Shown piece by piece: positions 1 to 10,818 of a stretch of DNA of 60,295 nt. The stretch lies in the IMG/VR virus record IMGVR_UViG_3300021961_000002, positions 1-60,295 of that record; one strand, 5' to 3'. Position 1 is the stretch's first letter; every line of letters begins with the position of its first letter. The DNA is from a virus (taxonomy: Duplodnaviria > Caudoviricetes). The notes beneath the pieces were generated by a model. That model was not told the origin of the DNA. It did no database searches and was given only the letters and a program-made list of their open reading frames with translations. The translations under genes and the position numbers were made by a program.

Positions 1-827
1 TAACAGTCCAGACTACCGCAAATGTAAGCGTAAACGTAACTGGAGTTGCTGGCTCAGGGGAAGTCGGCTCAGTAACAGTCCAGACTACCGCAAATGTAAG
101 CGTAAACGTAACTGGAGTTGCTGGCTCAGGGGAAGTCGGCTCAGTAACAGTCCAGACTACCGCAAATGTAAGCGTAAACGTAACTGGAGAAGCTGGCCTA
201 GGGGAAGTCGGCTCAGTAACAGTCCAGACTACCGCAAATGTAAGCGTAACTGGAGAAGCTGGCACAGGGGAAGTCGGCTCAGTAACGGTCCAGACCCCTA
301 CAAGTGTAAGCGTAGCTGGAGAAGCTGGCACAGGGGAAGTCGGCTCAGTAACGGTCCAGACCCCTGGAAGCGTAAACGTAACTGGAGTTGCTGGCTCAGG
401 GGAAGTCGGCTCAGTAACAGTCCAGACTACCGCAAATGTAAGCGTAACTGGAGTTGCTGGCTCAGGGGAAGTCGGCTCAGTAACAGTCCAGACTACCGCA
501 AATGTAAGCGTAACTGGAGAAGCTGGCACAGGGGAAGTCGGCTCAGTAACAGTCCAGACTACCGCAAATGTAAGCGTAACTGGAGTTGCTGGCTCAGGGG
601 AAGTCGGCTCAGTAACAGTCCAGACTACCGCAAATGTAAGCGTAACTGGAGTTGCTGGCACAGGGGAAGTCGGCTCAGTAACGGTCCAGGTCCCTACAAG
701 TGTAAGCGTAAACGTAACTGGAGTTGCTGGCTCAGGGGAAGTCGGCTCAGTAACAGTCCAGACTACCGCAAATGTAAGCGTAACTGGAGAAGCTGGCACA
801 GGGGAAGTCGGCTCAGTAACGGTTAGT
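1..827 (+). repeat. Coding tandem repeat, 12 units of 66/72 bp (22/24 aa)
   Basis: Core GGGGAAGTCGGCTCAG recurs at about 57,129,201,267,333,399,465,531,597,663,735,801, and also at about 59157, 60132, 60198, 60270. Confidence 0.95.
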
Positions 828-1076
828 TTGCCCAAATCTGTAGTTGTTTCGGGGGTAGCCGGAACGGGTCAAACTGGCTCTGTAAGTGTAGACACACAGA
901 CAGTCGTTACGGTTACAGGGGTGTCAGCAATAGGCTATGTATCTGGAGTACTAATTTGGAGTATTATACCTACAGGGCAGACACCTAACTGGACAGGGGT
1001 CAATGACAGCAATTCGGTTACCTGGACCGCAGTAAACACAACAAACTCAGTCACTTGGACAGACATACCGAATTAA
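1..1076 (+). CDS. 3' part of a large repeat-containing virion fibre/spike protein (continues from 58203 across the window end)
   Basis: The frame starting at nt 3 is open and reads (VTGxAGxGEVGSVTVQTTANVS[VN])n. It is in frame with ORF 828..1076 and with the unterminated ORF starting at 58203. The C-terminus has Trp-spaced repeats (PNWTGV..VTWTAV..VTWTDIPN). Confidence 0.8.
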   Translation, partial: TVQTTANVSVNVTGVAGSGEVGSVTVQTTANVSVNVTGVAGSGEVGSVTVQTTANVSVNVTGEAGLGEVGSVTVQTTANVSVTGEAGTGEVGSVTVQTPTSVSVAGEAGTGEVGSVTVQTPGSVNVTGVAGSGEVGSVTVQTTANVSVTGVAGSGEVGSVTVQTTANVSVTGEAGTGEVGSVTVQTTANVSVTGVAGSGEVGSVTVQTTANVSVTGVAGTGEVGSVTVQVPTSVSVNVTGVAGSGEVGSVTVQTTANVSVTGEAGTGEVGSVTVSLPKSVVVSGVAGTGQTGSVSVDTQTVVTVTGVSAIGYVSGVLIWSIIPTGQTPNWTGVNDSNSVTWTAVNTTNSVTWTDIPN

Positions 1077-1085
1077 GAGGACAAC

Positions 1086-2312
1086 ATGGCTAGCACCTAC
1101 AGCAACCTAAAAATCCAGCTTATGGCTACGGGGGAAAACAGCGGCACATGGGGGACCATAACTAACACCAACTTAGGAACCGCCGTCGAAGAAGCTATAG
1201 CTGGTTCGGCGGATGTAGCGTTTTCCAGCGCCAATGTTACGCTTACGTTGACAGACACAAACGCTAGTCAGACCGCTAGGAATATGCGGCTTAACCTTAC
1301 GGGTACGGCCACAGCAGGTTACGATTTAACAGTCCCGAATATCGAAAAAGCCTACATTATAAATAACGGCACCGACGGGACTATTACGGTTAAAAGCGGA
1401 ACGGGCGCGGGCAGTAACGTCTCTATACCAGCGGGCAAAACTAATTGGGTCTTTAGCACTGGTAGCAATGCTATTGTTGATGCTGTAACGCATCTGTCTT
1501 CGTTAACCCTTGGCGCTGCCCTTCCGGTTGCTTCAGGTGGTACGGGGCAGACATCTTACACCGACGGTCAACTCCTCATTGGTAACTCTTCGGGTAATAC
1601 GCTCGACAAAGCCACGCTTACGGCTGGTTCGGGGATCACAATCACTAATGGCGGCGGAGCTATTACGGTTAGCGCTACGGGCAGCGGGGGTACTGTTACT
1701 AGCGTTGATGTTAATGGAGGGACTACCGGCCTTACAACCAGCGGGGGTCCTGTCACAACTTCAGGTACCGTAACGATAGCAGGCACTTTAGTTGTAGCTA
1801 ACGGCGGCACGGGGGCTACGAGTGCTTCTGACGCACGTACAAACCTCGGCGTCCCAACAGGAACAAGCGGGACTGTTCTTGGGTTTCTAGACGGAGTTAA
1901 TACTTGGTCTGGCCCACAAACATTTTCTGCTCTGGCTACTGTTTCTGCCGGTGCGAATTTGACCCCGGCAGCTACGCCTGCCACAACGTCAGTTGGTTAT
2001 CTCGGAACTCCGGTTAATTCTCAGAGCGGGGCGTCTTATGGCCTTGTAATGACGGACGCGGGGAAGACTATTTATTTCACTGGGACGACATCGACTTTTA
2101 CAATACCTGCCAACTCCAGCGTAGCTTTCCCAGTTGGGACTATTATCTGTATAGATAATGGTGGGAGTGGAAACATAACCCTTTCGATTACTACAGATAC
2201 CTTGAAATGGACCACCTTAACAGGTAGTCGCACTATCGGGACCAATGGAAGTGTAGCCATTAAAAAACTTTCCTCTACCGTTTGGCGGCTAGTTGGAACG
2301 GACATTAGCTAA
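1086..2312 (+). CDS. Tail fibre-like virion protein (Thr/Gly/Ser-rich)
   Basis: N-terminal MASTYSNLKIQLMATGENSGTWG..TNTNL type; LPVASGGTG / VANGGTGATSASDARTNLG fibre motifs; RBS GAGGA upstream. Confidence 0.7.
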   Translation: MASTYSNLKIQLMATGENSGTWGTITNTNLGTAVEEAIAGSADVAFSSANVTLTLTDTNASQTARNMRLNLTGTATAGYDLTVPNIEKAYIINNGTDGTITVKSGTGAGSNVSIPAGKTNWVFSTGSNAIVDAVTHLSSLTLGAALPVASGGTGQTSYTDGQLLIGNSSGNTLDKATLTAGSGITITNGGGAITVSATGSGGTVTSVDVNGGTTGLTTSGGPVTTSGTVTIAGTLVVANGGTGATSASDARTNLGVPTGTSGTVLGFLDGVNTWSGPQTFSALATVSAGANLTPAATPATTSVGYLGTPVNSQSGASYGLVMTDAGKTIYFTGTTSTFTIPANSSVAFPVGTIICIDNGGSGNITLSITTDTLKWTTLTGSRTIGTNGSVAIKKLSSTVWRLVGTDIS

Positions 2313-2887
2313 TGGCTGGTGCGCTCGACGCTTACTACATGGCTCTCGGCGGTGGTATAGATTTTACCCCCGTTACCAATACCTACACTTCTGGCTCTGG
2401 TAATGAGACTGTCCCCATAGGTGCTTCTTCAGTCACTATTTACGTTGGTGGCGCAGGTGGTGGCGGGGGTGGTGGTGAGACGGGGGGGAGCGGAGGCTTT
2501 GGAGGAGGGGGTGGGGAGGCTAAAAGCACTTACTCCATAGCCCCCGGAGATTGGAGCAAAGCTCTTACTTATACTGTAGGTAGTGGTGGGGCTGGTGGCG
2601 CTCCAATTAGTGATGGTGGTGACGGTACGGATAGTTCGGTAACCCAAGGTACACTGGTTACGTCTGTATCCACAATGACAGGTAACGGCGGCACTGGGGG
2701 AGGCGGGGGTGAATCTGGCTCCCCTGGAACTAACGGTTCTGGTGGGGGTGCTACCGGGGGTAACGTCTCTAACTTGACGGGTAGCGCTCCAAGTGGGGCT
2801 GGGACTTACGGCGGGAACGGCGGAAGCGGCACTACATCTACAGGCGGTAACGGTGGTGACGGAACTGTTAGATTTGAATGGACATAA
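2312..2887 (+). CDS. Glycine-rich virion/tail-associated protein
   Basis: Gly-rich domain with TVP..A.SVT..VGGAGGGG and terminal GGDGTVRFEW, the same style as the Gly-rich domains of 58203. Confidence 0.6.
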   Translation: MAGALDAYYMALGGGIDFTPVTNTYTSGSGNETVPIGASSVTIYVGGAGGGGGGGETGGSGGFGGGGGEAKSTYSIAPGDWSKALTYTVGSGGAGGAPISDGGDGTDSSVTQGTLVTSVSTMTGNGGTGGGGGESGSPGTNGSGGGATGGNVSNLTGSAPSGAGTYGGNGGSGTTSTGGNGGDGTVRFEWT

Positions 2888-2890
2888 GTT

Positions 2891-4831
2891 ATGGCGTTTA
2901 TAAAGCTGCAGTTTAAGTCCGGTATTAATCGCGATCAGACTAACTACTCCGGAGAAGGTGGTTGGTGGGACGGGGATAAAGTCCGTTTCAACTCTGGGTT
3001 TCCGGAGAAGATAGGCGGTTGGGCTAAAGTAACTGTAGAAACTTTTTACGGCACGTGCCGCCAGATGTGGGCATGGATCACCACGTTTTTTGACGACTTC
3101 CTTGCGCTCGGCACTAACAATAAACTCTATATTCAGTCAGGCACCACGTTCTACGACATAACTCCACTGAGGGCTCTAAACCCAACATTAAGCTCTCCGA
3201 CGACAGATAACTGTATTGAAACTACAGATACTAGCACTACGGTTATCGCCAACATAACCAGCCACGATGCTATTACTGGTTCTTTTGTAACTATAGCAGG
3301 CGTTACTGGCACTGTTGGTGGAGTGCCCGATTCTGAAATAAACGCTAACCACCAAATTACAGTTATAGATGCTAACTCGTTTTCTTTTGAAGTAACTACT
3401 GCCGCAACGTCTACTGTGGCTGCTGGTGGCGGTACGAGTATCACCGTAAGTTTTGAAATCGAACCGGGGTATGCGACTAGAACAGCGGGGTATGGCTGGG
3501 GAACTAGCACTTGGGGGCGCAGTGCTTGGGGGAGTGGTTCTTCCAGCCCTGTCTATCTGGAGCAGCGCGATTGGTTCCTAGATAACTTTGATAATGACTT
3601 TGTAGCTAACATCCGTAACGGGGAGGTATATTACTGGGAGAGGGGGAGTAGTTCTGACCCTTCTGCTGCACTAGCTACACGGGCTACGCTGTTATCTTCT
3701 TTTGCTACGAGCAACGGCTATGATGCCAATGCTGTGCCTGTAAAAGTTATGCAGATTCTTTTATCGCAGCAAGATAAGCATCTACTGGCGTTTGGGGCGG
3801 TCCCATACGGAAGCACTGCTGCAACGGACTTTGACCCTCTTCTTATACGTTGGGCAAGCCAGGACAGCCCGTTTGAGTGGGCTCCCACCACAACTAACTC
3901 TGCTGGTTTCTTGAGGGTGTCTCGCGGGTCGCGTATTGTAAGGGCGTTGCCCACACGCCAAGAGATACTAGTTTGGTCCGACACTAATTTATATGCACTA
4001 CAGTTCCTGGGGACCACCGATGTATTTGGCGTTCAAGAATACGCCGACAATATCTCCATAGCATCTCCTAGGGCGTGCATCTCGTCTGGCAACATCACGT
4101 ACTGGATGGGTAAAGACAAGTTCTATGTGTACACAGGCCGTGTAGATACGTTGCCATGTACGCTGCGCAACTATGTTTTTAACGACATAAACCTAGATCA
4201 AGCAGCTCAAATCATATGCGGCACCAGCGAAGAGTGGGATGAAATCTGGTGGTTCTATCCAAGCGCAGCGTCTAACTGGAACGATAGGTACGTTGTGTTC
4301 AACTATGTAGAGCAGTCTTGGTACTACGGGCAGCTAGAGCGTACAGCGTGGCTCGACACCCCTTTACGCGACAACCCTCAAGCGGCGACCACTGGGTTCG
4401 ACACTGAGACTCAAACGGCTAACGCTACAGGTAATCTATATAACCATGAGTACGGTGTGGATGCTGACGGTGAAGCGATGGTTGCTTACGTCCAATCGAA
4501 CGATTTTGATATCGGGGACGGGGACAAGTTCATGCTGTGCCGCCGTATGATTCCCGACGTTAACTTCAACGGTTCGGAGTACGGCGAAGGTACCCCTGAC
4601 CCGCAAGTTACTTTGCAGATTCGCCCTAGGTCTTTTCCGGGCACCACGTATCAGTCAGACCCTGCTGATTCGCAGAACGTAGTTGAGACTTCTGTTGGCG
4701 TGTATACAGGCCAAGTGTTTATGCGAGCTAGAGCTAGGCAGATGGCTCTTAAGGTGACTTCTGACACTCTTGGTGTGCAGTGGCAGTTAGGTTCTCCACG
4801 CCTGGATGTCAGGGAAGACGGTAAGCGTTAA
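2891..4831 (+). CDS. Tail tubular/nozzle (stabilisation)-type protein
   Basis: 646 aa, beta-rich, located between fibre genes and internal virion proteins as in podoviruses; LIRWASQD and RARARQMALKV motifs. Confidence 0.6.
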   Translation: MAFIKLQFKSGINRDQTNYSGEGGWWDGDKVRFNSGFPEKIGGWAKVTVETFYGTCRQMWAWITTFFDDFLALGTNNKLYIQSGTTFYDITPLRALNPTLSSPTTDNCIETTDTSTTVIANITSHDAITGSFVTIAGVTGTVGGVPDSEINANHQITVIDANSFSFEVTTAATSTVAAGGGTSITVSFEIEPGYATRTAGYGWGTSTWGRSAWGSGSSSPVYLEQRDWFLDNFDNDFVANIRNGEVYYWERGSSSDPSAALATRATLLSSFATSNGYDANAVPVKVMQILLSQQDKHLLAFGAVPYGSTAATDFDPLLIRWASQDSPFEWAPTTTNSAGFLRVSRGSRIVRALPTRQEILVWSDTNLYALQFLGTTDVFGVQEYADNISIASPRACISSGNITYWMGKDKFYVYTGRVDTLPCTLRNYVFNDINLDQAAQIICGTSEEWDEIWWFYPSAASNWNDRYVVFNYVEQSWYYGQLERTAWLDTPLRDNPQAATTGFDTETQTANATGNLYNHEYGVDADGEAMVAYVQSNDFDIGDGDKFMLCRRMIPDVNFNGSEYGEGTPDPQVTLQIRPRSFPGTTYQSDPADSQNVVETSVGVYTGQVFMRARARQMALKVTSDTLGVQWQLGSPRLDVREDGKR

Positions 4832-5778
4832 TGGCGTTAGAGAAATTTAAGGCCCCGCCCCTACCACAAGCTCCAGATGTTTACCGTCCGGAGTTCTTTA
4901 GCCAGCTTGTCCGTGCCGTAGAACTGTATTTTTCTCAACTTGACTCTTTAACCCCTAATCAAGCGCAGTCTTATAGGGCAGACAATTTCTATGGCGGGGC
5001 GTTTACTGGTTCCAATGTAACGGCAAGCGGTACAGTTACGGCAGTGGCTGTAAACGCAACCAATATTAGTGCTTCGGAAGCCTTTATAGCCCGTCAATAT
5101 TCTAGATATTTAGACGCGGAGTCGTTCCACAACCATAACATGTTAACCCAAACACTTATGGCCTCCGACGTATACGCAGACGAGTTTTATGGCAGCGGGA
5201 CATACATAGTGACCCCGTACAATCTTATTACCGATTTTAACGACCAGACTGCTTCAGCCATAGACGTAGCTACCGCCGTTACCTATGACACTGACAATTT
5301 TCCCAATGGAATATACATAGGGAGCCCTGCGTCTAGGATTTATGTATCTGCGGGCGGTATCTATAGGTTTGAATTCAGTATTCAGTTTCAGAACTCCACA
5401 AACGATACCCAGTCTGTGGATATATGGTTTCGTAAGAATGGCACTGATGTCAGCGCCTCCAATAGCCAGTTTGGCCTACCTGCACGGAAAAGCTCTGGGG
5501 ACCCCAGCTCTCTCATAGCCGTCACCCCTTTTCTAATAGACCTAGCCGCAGGCGACTATGTGGAGATTATGTGGCGGCCCTCAGATACCGGGGTTACCAT
5601 CCAAACCATTCCAGCAGCTACATATTCTGCGGGCGTTACCCCTGACATCCCCTCTACCCCTTCTATTATTCTTACTGTATCATTCGTATCCGCAGCGCAC
5701 CCCCCTGTTACTTACGTTGCACCATTGCCCGTTATAGGGATTGGTAGTGTGGGCACTGTTACCATTTCTACCCCATAA
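4831..5778 (+). CDS. Virion protein with C-terminal beta-sandwich (C1q/TNF-like) region
   Basis: Translationally coupled to the upstream gene; GIYRFEFSIQF..DIWFRKNG..LAAGDYVEI pattern. Confidence 0.5.
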   Translation: MALEKFKAPPLPQAPDVYRPEFFSQLVRAVELYFSQLDSLTPNQAQSYRADNFYGGAFTGSNVTASGTVTAVAVNATNISASEAFIARQYSRYLDAESFHNHNMLTQTLMASDVYADEFYGSGTYIVTPYNLITDFNDQTASAIDVATAVTYDTDNFPNGIYIGSPASRIYVSAGGIYRFEFSIQFQNSTNDTQSVDIWFRKNGTDVSASNSQFGLPARKSSGDPSSLIAVTPFLIDLAAGDYVEIMWRPSDTGVTIQTIPAATYSAGVTPDIPSTPSIILTVSFVSAAHPPVTYVAPLPVIGIGSVGTVTISTP

Positions 5779-5790
5779 AGAGGTTTTGCT

Positions 5791-7149
5791 ATGCAAGAGT
5801 TAGCTAGACAAATACAGGCCCAAGGGCGGGGAGAGGACTCCATCCTTGTCCATATGACCCCGAAAGAGGTGGGGGGCCTGCAAGCTCTGGCTCTGGCCCA
5901 TGGTGGTTCTTTGACCATTAACCCAGTGACTGGCCTTCCTGAAGCTGGGTTTCTGAGCAAGATTTTGCCCACCCTTCTGGGTGTGGGGCTTAGTTTTATT
6001 TCTGGAGGTGCGTTAACCCCCCTTATGAGTGCAGCCCTAGTTGGTGGCGGAACCGGGATTGCCACGGGCAGTCTGGAAAAGGGCCTTATGGCTGGACTTG
6101 GAGCTTTCGGCGGTGCTTCGCTGGGTACGGCTCTGGGAGCTGGGACTGGACAGGGCTTCTTAGGGAGTATGTTTGGGGGCGGTACTCCGGCGGCGGTACC
6201 AGGAGCATCGACATCTGTGGCGGGAACGGCGGGAACGGCTGCGGTACCAGGAGCATCGACATCTGTGGCGGGAACGGCGGGAACGGCTGCTAGCCCCTAT
6301 GCGGTGGGCTCAGCTCAAATTGCTTCGGATATTGCGCTCCCCGGAGAACTAGCAGCAAGTGGGACAGGGGCGGTTAATTCCAGTATTTTACCGGAATCTC
6401 CTTCGTTCCTTCAGAGCTTTGGTGAAGCCACAAGTAGGTCTATGTTTGGGGCGCAACCTACGGTTGCAGAAGCGACTACATCGGCGTTGGGGCGTGAGGC
6501 TGGACTGAGCGGTCTTGGCTTGCGTGGATACGCCGGTCTTGGTGGGCTAGCACTTCCTTTTCTCCAGCAAGATCAGACTGTTGAGGCCCTAGAAGAAGAC
6601 GACTATAACCCTATAGCTGAGTACCGCCCGCTCCCACAAAGGAAGTTTGTAGCTTTCGATTCTTCTGATCCCGAGGCGGCTAGGAGGCGTCGTCTAGGTT
6701 TCGAGCGGCTGTCGATTGTTCCAACTAACTGGCCCTATCCCGCCTCTTCCACTGCTTATGCTGCTGCTGGCGGAGCTGTTTCGCGTACCGAGGCCCCTCT
6801 TAACTTGCGGGACGGGTCGTTTGTTTTGGATGCCCGCACCGTTTCAGAGGTTGGCAACGGCAGTAGCAGCGCCGGTCAAGAGCGGTTAGCTGGGCTTGGT
6901 GGTGCGCCTGTTATGGGCGGTGGCGACGGGGTGAGTGACTCTATCCCTGCTACTATTGACGGTGAACAGGCAGCGCGGGTAGCCCGCGATGAGGTTATCT
7001 TTGGCCCCCAAGCAGTCGCACGTATCGGTGGGGGTGACCGCAGGCGCGGTGCGGATCGTTTGTACGACCTTATGGACAAGGCTCACCGGGAAAGAAGGGC
7101 CGTTAAGCGCGGCGAGCCTAATAAAGGTTTGGGGGCACTGATTAAATGA
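5791..7149 (+). CDS. Internal virion/ejection protein
   Basis: GRGEDSILVHMTPKEV..LTINPVTGLPEA N-terminus, hydrophobic Gly/Ala segment, GDGVSDSIPA C-terminal motif. Confidence 0.55.
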   Translation: MQELARQIQAQGRGEDSILVHMTPKEVGGLQALALAHGGSLTINPVTGLPEAGFLSKILPTLLGVGLSFISGGALTPLMSAALVGGGTGIATGSLEKGLMAGLGAFGGASLGTALGAGTGQGFLGSMFGGGTPAAVPGASTSVAGTAGTAAVPGASTSVAGTAGTAASPYAVGSAQIASDIALPGELAASGTGAVNSSILPESPSFLQSFGEATSRSMFGAQPTVAEATTSALGREAGLSGLGLRGYAGLGGLALPFLQQDQTVEALEEDDYNPIAEYRPLPQRKFVAFDSSDPEAARRRRLGFERLSIVPTNWPYPASSTAYAAAGGAVSRTEAPLNLRDGSFVLDARTVSEVGNGSSSAGQERLAGLGGAPVMGGGDGVSDSIPATIDGEQAARVARDEVIFGPQAVARIGGGDRRRGADRLYDLMDKAHRERRAVKRGEPNKGLGALIK

Positions 7150-7589
7150 GCAACGTGCAGGCAAGTTTGGTACCGACTGAATTTGTAAATAACGTGTGGG
7201 AGGATATTATCCCCTACGTTGAGAAAGCTGCTGAATACTCCTACGGGAGGTATCTAGTCGAAGATATATTGGACTGTTTAATACAGTATAATCATCATCT
7301 GTGGATTGTTTTTGACGAGACCAAGATACATGCAATGGTGGTCACAGCGTTCAAGGACTATCCGCGAAAGCGTTTTTTAGACTTGGTTTTTGTAGGTGGT
7401 GAAACTGGGTCGCTAGCGTGGAAAGAACCTATACTTACCCTTCTTCAACATTGGGCCTTCGACAACGATTGCGATGGGATAGAATCTTCAGGGCGCTTAG
7501 GGTGGGGAAAAGCCTTCAAAAAAGACGGATATAAACCTCTATGGCAGACCTACGAGCTGCCCGTAGCGGACTGCGGACTAGGAGAATAA
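7146..7589 (+). CDS. Acetyltransferase-like head/internal protein
   Basis: 147 aa with C.GIESSGRLGW motif, lying directly before ejection-type genes. Confidence 0.45.
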   Translation: MSNVQASLVPTEFVNNVWEDIIPYVEKAAEYSYGRYLVEDILDCLIQYNHHLWIVFDETKIHAMVVTAFKDYPRKRFLDLVFVGGETGSLAWKEPILTLLQHWAFDNDCDGIESSGRLGWGKAFKKDGYKPLWQTYELPVADCGLGE

Positions 7590-7590
7590 T

Positions 7591-8670
7591 ATGGGCGGCA
7601 GCAGCACACCTTCAAAAACAAGCCAAACCGTAACTACATCTAATATCCCGGCATACGCTAAACCGTATTTCACGGATGTCCTTAACCGCGCCAAAGGTCT
7701 GGCGGGACAGGATTATGTTCCTTACGAAGACCAAAGAGTTGCTGACTTCACCCCTGAACAGCGGGCATTGCAGGAGCAGCTTTACGGTATGCAGGCCCCG
7801 TCCCAATTCGGGCAGGCCACAGAAATGGCTCAACAGGCCGGGCAATACACCCCTGCGGACTTTACTACGCAAGCAGTCACACCCGACCAACTGCAGTACT
7901 TTCAGTTAAACGCCCCGGAAACTTTCGGTGCCGCGCAGGCTCAACAGTACATGTCCCCATACATGCAGGAAGTGGTGGACATTCAAAAACGCTCAGCACT
8001 TCAAGATGCAAAACAGGCTCAACTTCTGCAGAATTTAGGGGCCGCGAGAACAGGTACGTATGGTGGGGCAAGACAGCTTCTTGCTGGCACGCAAAGAGAA
8101 TCTGCACTGGCTAGACAATTAGGGGATATTCAGGCTCAAGGTTTGCAGGCGGCTTATGAAAATGCTCAGCAACAGTTTGAGCGGGATCGTGCTGCGCAGT
8201 TAGGAATATCTCAGGAGAATCTTCGTGCAGCTCTTGGTATACAGGAGTTGGGTTCGGGTCAGAGCTTGCAAGCTGCGTTGGCTAATCAAGAAGCCCAGAT
8301 GGAAGCTCAAAAGCTTGCTGAACAATCCAGACAATTTGGGTCGTCTCAGGGTCTGGCTGGCGCGGAGCTTCTTGGGAGATTGGGTGCTGAACAACAGGCA
8401 TCAGAACTGGGGCTTTTGGACGCCCAGCAGAAGACGGCTGCGCAAGAGCAGGCGTTGCAGCAACAAGGTCTTGACATAGCTTACGCCGATTTCTTACGTG
8501 AACGCGATTATCCGCTGGAGATGCTTAGCTATTACAGCAACATACTTCGCGGGCTCGATGTGAAGCCTTCGTCCACTGCGACAACATATGCCCCCTCTAT
8601 AAGCCCTCTTGAGAGATTAGCTAGCCAGGGACTTGGGGCTGCAAGCGTATACAAACTAGCGACTGGGTAG
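7591..8670 (+). CDS. DNA-ejection/pilot-type internal virion protein
   Basis: MGGSS start; Gln/Ala-rich helical body with YMSPYMQEVVD and GTYGGARQ motifs. Confidence 0.6.
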   Translation: MGGSSTPSKTSQTVTTSNIPAYAKPYFTDVLNRAKGLAGQDYVPYEDQRVADFTPEQRALQEQLYGMQAPSQFGQATEMAQQAGQYTPADFTTQAVTPDQLQYFQLNAPETFGAAQAQQYMSPYMQEVVDIQKRSALQDAKQAQLLQNLGAARTGTYGGARQLLAGTQRESALARQLGDIQAQGLQAAYENAQQQFERDRAAQLGISQENLRAALGIQELGSGQSLQAALANQEAQMEAQKLAEQSRQFGSSQGLAGAELLGRLGAEQQASELGLLDAQQKTAAQEQALQQQGLDIAYADFLRERDYPLEMLSYYSNILRGLDVKPSSTATTYAPSISPLERLASQGLGAASVYKLATG

Positions 8671-8679
8671 AGGTTTGCC

Positions 8680-10818
8680 ATGGGTTACGGACTGATAGGA
8701 TTCAACACTCCGGCACAGGTGGCCGAGTCGTATGGGTACAACAAGCAGCGCATTGCTGCGGCTGTGCAGGCTGGCGTTATAGACCCAACCGTTGGGCTTA
8801 TGGCTGGTATGCTAATAGATAAAGCCCGCAGTGCGGCAGCGGAAGAACAAGCTCCGCAAACCACCGTGGCGCAGGATATTATGGCTCCTGTTGCACCAGC
8901 TATGCCCCCTATGCCTGGGGCGATTCCGCAGCAGGGAGTGTCGCCGGTAGCTTCGGCTGCTCCCCCTCAAGCAGTGGCGGCTCCGATGTCGGCCCCTGCT
9001 GCACCTACCGCGCAACCTGTAATGAGAGCCGCAGCCGGTGGGTTAGCTGAACTTTCCGTACCTGACTACATGTTCGATGAAAACGCTTACCGTGGGGGTG
9101 GTATCGTTGCGTTTTCAGGAGGAGGAGGCCCAACGTCTTCCACCGCTACCGTATCACGCGGTCTGTATGATGGCGCGTATGACGACATTAGGTACCTTAT
9201 GCAGAAACATAATGTACCAGAGCATATTGCTATCGGGATTATAGCAAATGTCCATAGGGAGAGTTCAGGAAACCCCAGAGAAGTAGGAGATAGCGGACAG
9301 GCGTATGGGCTGTTCCAATACCATCCTGACAGGCAAGCGAAGTTTGAGCCAATGTTTGGGAAGCCTATACAAGACTCTACTCGCACAGAACAACTTGATT
9401 TTATGATGGATGAGATACAGAACGATCCATATGAGCGCGGATACAAGAAAACTTGGGATATGCTTTTAGAGACTGAAACGCCAGCAGAAGCTGCCGGTAT
9501 ATTTGCGCTCGGATATGAGCGCCCTGACAACAAGGAAGTTGAAGCAACCCTTCGCTCGAACCTAGCAAGGGCCTACCAACCTCCGGTTATTTCTGGTGAT
9601 CAGGGCTCCACACTTCCTGAACGGCGCGGTGCGGACATGTCTCCTACCCCCGGTGTAACGGGAGGCCCTCCTATGGTTATTTCTGGTGATCAGGGCTCCA
9701 CACTTCCTGAACGGCCCGGTACGGACATGTCTCCTATCCCCGGTGTAACGGGAGGTCCTCCTATAAGTATTAGCAGACTTAGAGATCAGTTGGCTCCTAG
9801 TCTGACGTTAGAGCAACTCATACCTTTCGGCCAAGGAGAAGCGTCTCCTATAGACGCAGGGCATGATTTTAGAGCGCGGGCTCAGGGGCTTGTTAACGCC
9901 CCAACATATTTTGATGCTTACGAAGGGGAAAGAACTCCTGAAGCGCTTATGGACGTAGCCGCACAGTGGAAGCCTTATGCTTCTGGAGACCCACTATACG
10001 ATTTAACTGGCGAGGAACTAAGTTTCGCTAGACAGCAAGAACGCAGGTTTACAGAAGCCGCACAAGCAGAAGCGCTTAGAAATCTCCCTAGACAGTCTTT
10101 CAGTGATATATTTATGCCTGATTATTTCCGCCGCCCTTCTGACTTAGCTGCTAAACAGGAGCGTGAGGAGCAAGTAAGGGCTATAGAAGAAACATATTCT
10201 TTACCTTCCACAGCCCCAGCAGCTCCTTACAACATGGGGCCGACTAATTCAGAGGGGCTTCCTGGTTTTCCAATGAGTCTCCCAAAAGAGGAATCAAGGG
10301 CTACAGAAGTGCCTCCGCCCGCGTCTAAAAAGGGCTTATCTAATTTCGAACAAGCTTTGCTACTTGGGGAAGTCGGTAGAAAAATAGGCGAAGAAGGGTT
10401 TACGGGACTATCTGCTGGGGCTGCATCAGCGGCTGAAGCTATAGCCTCTTCGCGAGAAGCAGAAGCAACTCAAGCCTATAGAGAGGAAGCCTTAGAGGCC
10501 CAGACACCTACAGTTCTCCGTATAGCCGACAGGCTTAAAGGTACAGCAGGGTACGAGGGTTTAAGTGAGGGCGATTTGGTGGCGGTGGCGGCGGGTATTG
10601 CTAACCCCGGAACACGGGAAAACGCTATTCTCCGCGAGTATAATAACCTACTAACAAGGCAAGCAGACTTTCTGAACAAGGACCCAGAATTACAGGGCCT
10701 GACGAACTCCCAGCTTCTCGATATGGCGCGGCGAACAGTTGGTAGTGTGTATGGTTCGGGCTTTGAAACAGGTGGAGGTGCCATACCCTTCGACAGGTCT
10801 GGAAATCGGATACAATGA
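8680..10818 (+). CDS. Internal virion protein with phage-tail-type lysozyme domain
   Basis: GIIANVHRESSGNP..GD.G.AYGLFQY..R and AAGIFALGYERP match the tail lysozyme family signature. Confidence 0.7.
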   Translation: MGYGLIGFNTPAQVAESYGYNKQRIAAAVQAGVIDPTVGLMAGMLIDKARSAAAEEQAPQTTVAQDIMAPVAPAMPPMPGAIPQQGVSPVASAAPPQAVAAPMSAPAAPTAQPVMRAAAGGLAELSVPDYMFDENAYRGGGIVAFSGGGGPTSSTATVSRGLYDGAYDDIRYLMQKHNVPEHIAIGIIANVHRESSGNPREVGDSGQAYGLFQYHPDRQAKFEPMFGKPIQDSTRTEQLDFMMDEIQNDPYERGYKKTWDMLLETETPAEAAGIFALGYERPDNKEVEATLRSNLARAYQPPVISGDQGSTLPERRGADMSPTPGVTGGPPMVISGDQGSTLPERPGTDMSPIPGVTGGPPISISRLRDQLAPSLTLEQLIPFGQGEASPIDAGHDFRARAQGLVNAPTYFDAYEGERTPEALMDVAAQWKPYASGDPLYDLTGEELSFARQQERRFTEAAQAEALRNLPRQSFSDIFMPDYFRRPSDLAAKQEREEQVRAIEETYSLPSTAPAAPYNMGPTNSEGLPGFPMSLPKEESRATEVPPPASKKGLSNFEQALLLGEVGRKIGEEGFTGLSAGAASAAEAIASSREAEATQAYREEALEAQTPTVLRIADRLKGTAGYEGLSEGDLVAVAAGIANPGTRENAILREYNNLLTRQADFLNKDPELQGLTNSQLLDMARRTVGSVYGSGFETGGGAIPFDRSGNRIQ

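Noticed and set aside
1-827. Regular repeats resembling a CRISPR array
   Set aside because: No unique spacers; periods are multiples of 3 and encode a continuous peptide repeat; no cas operon.
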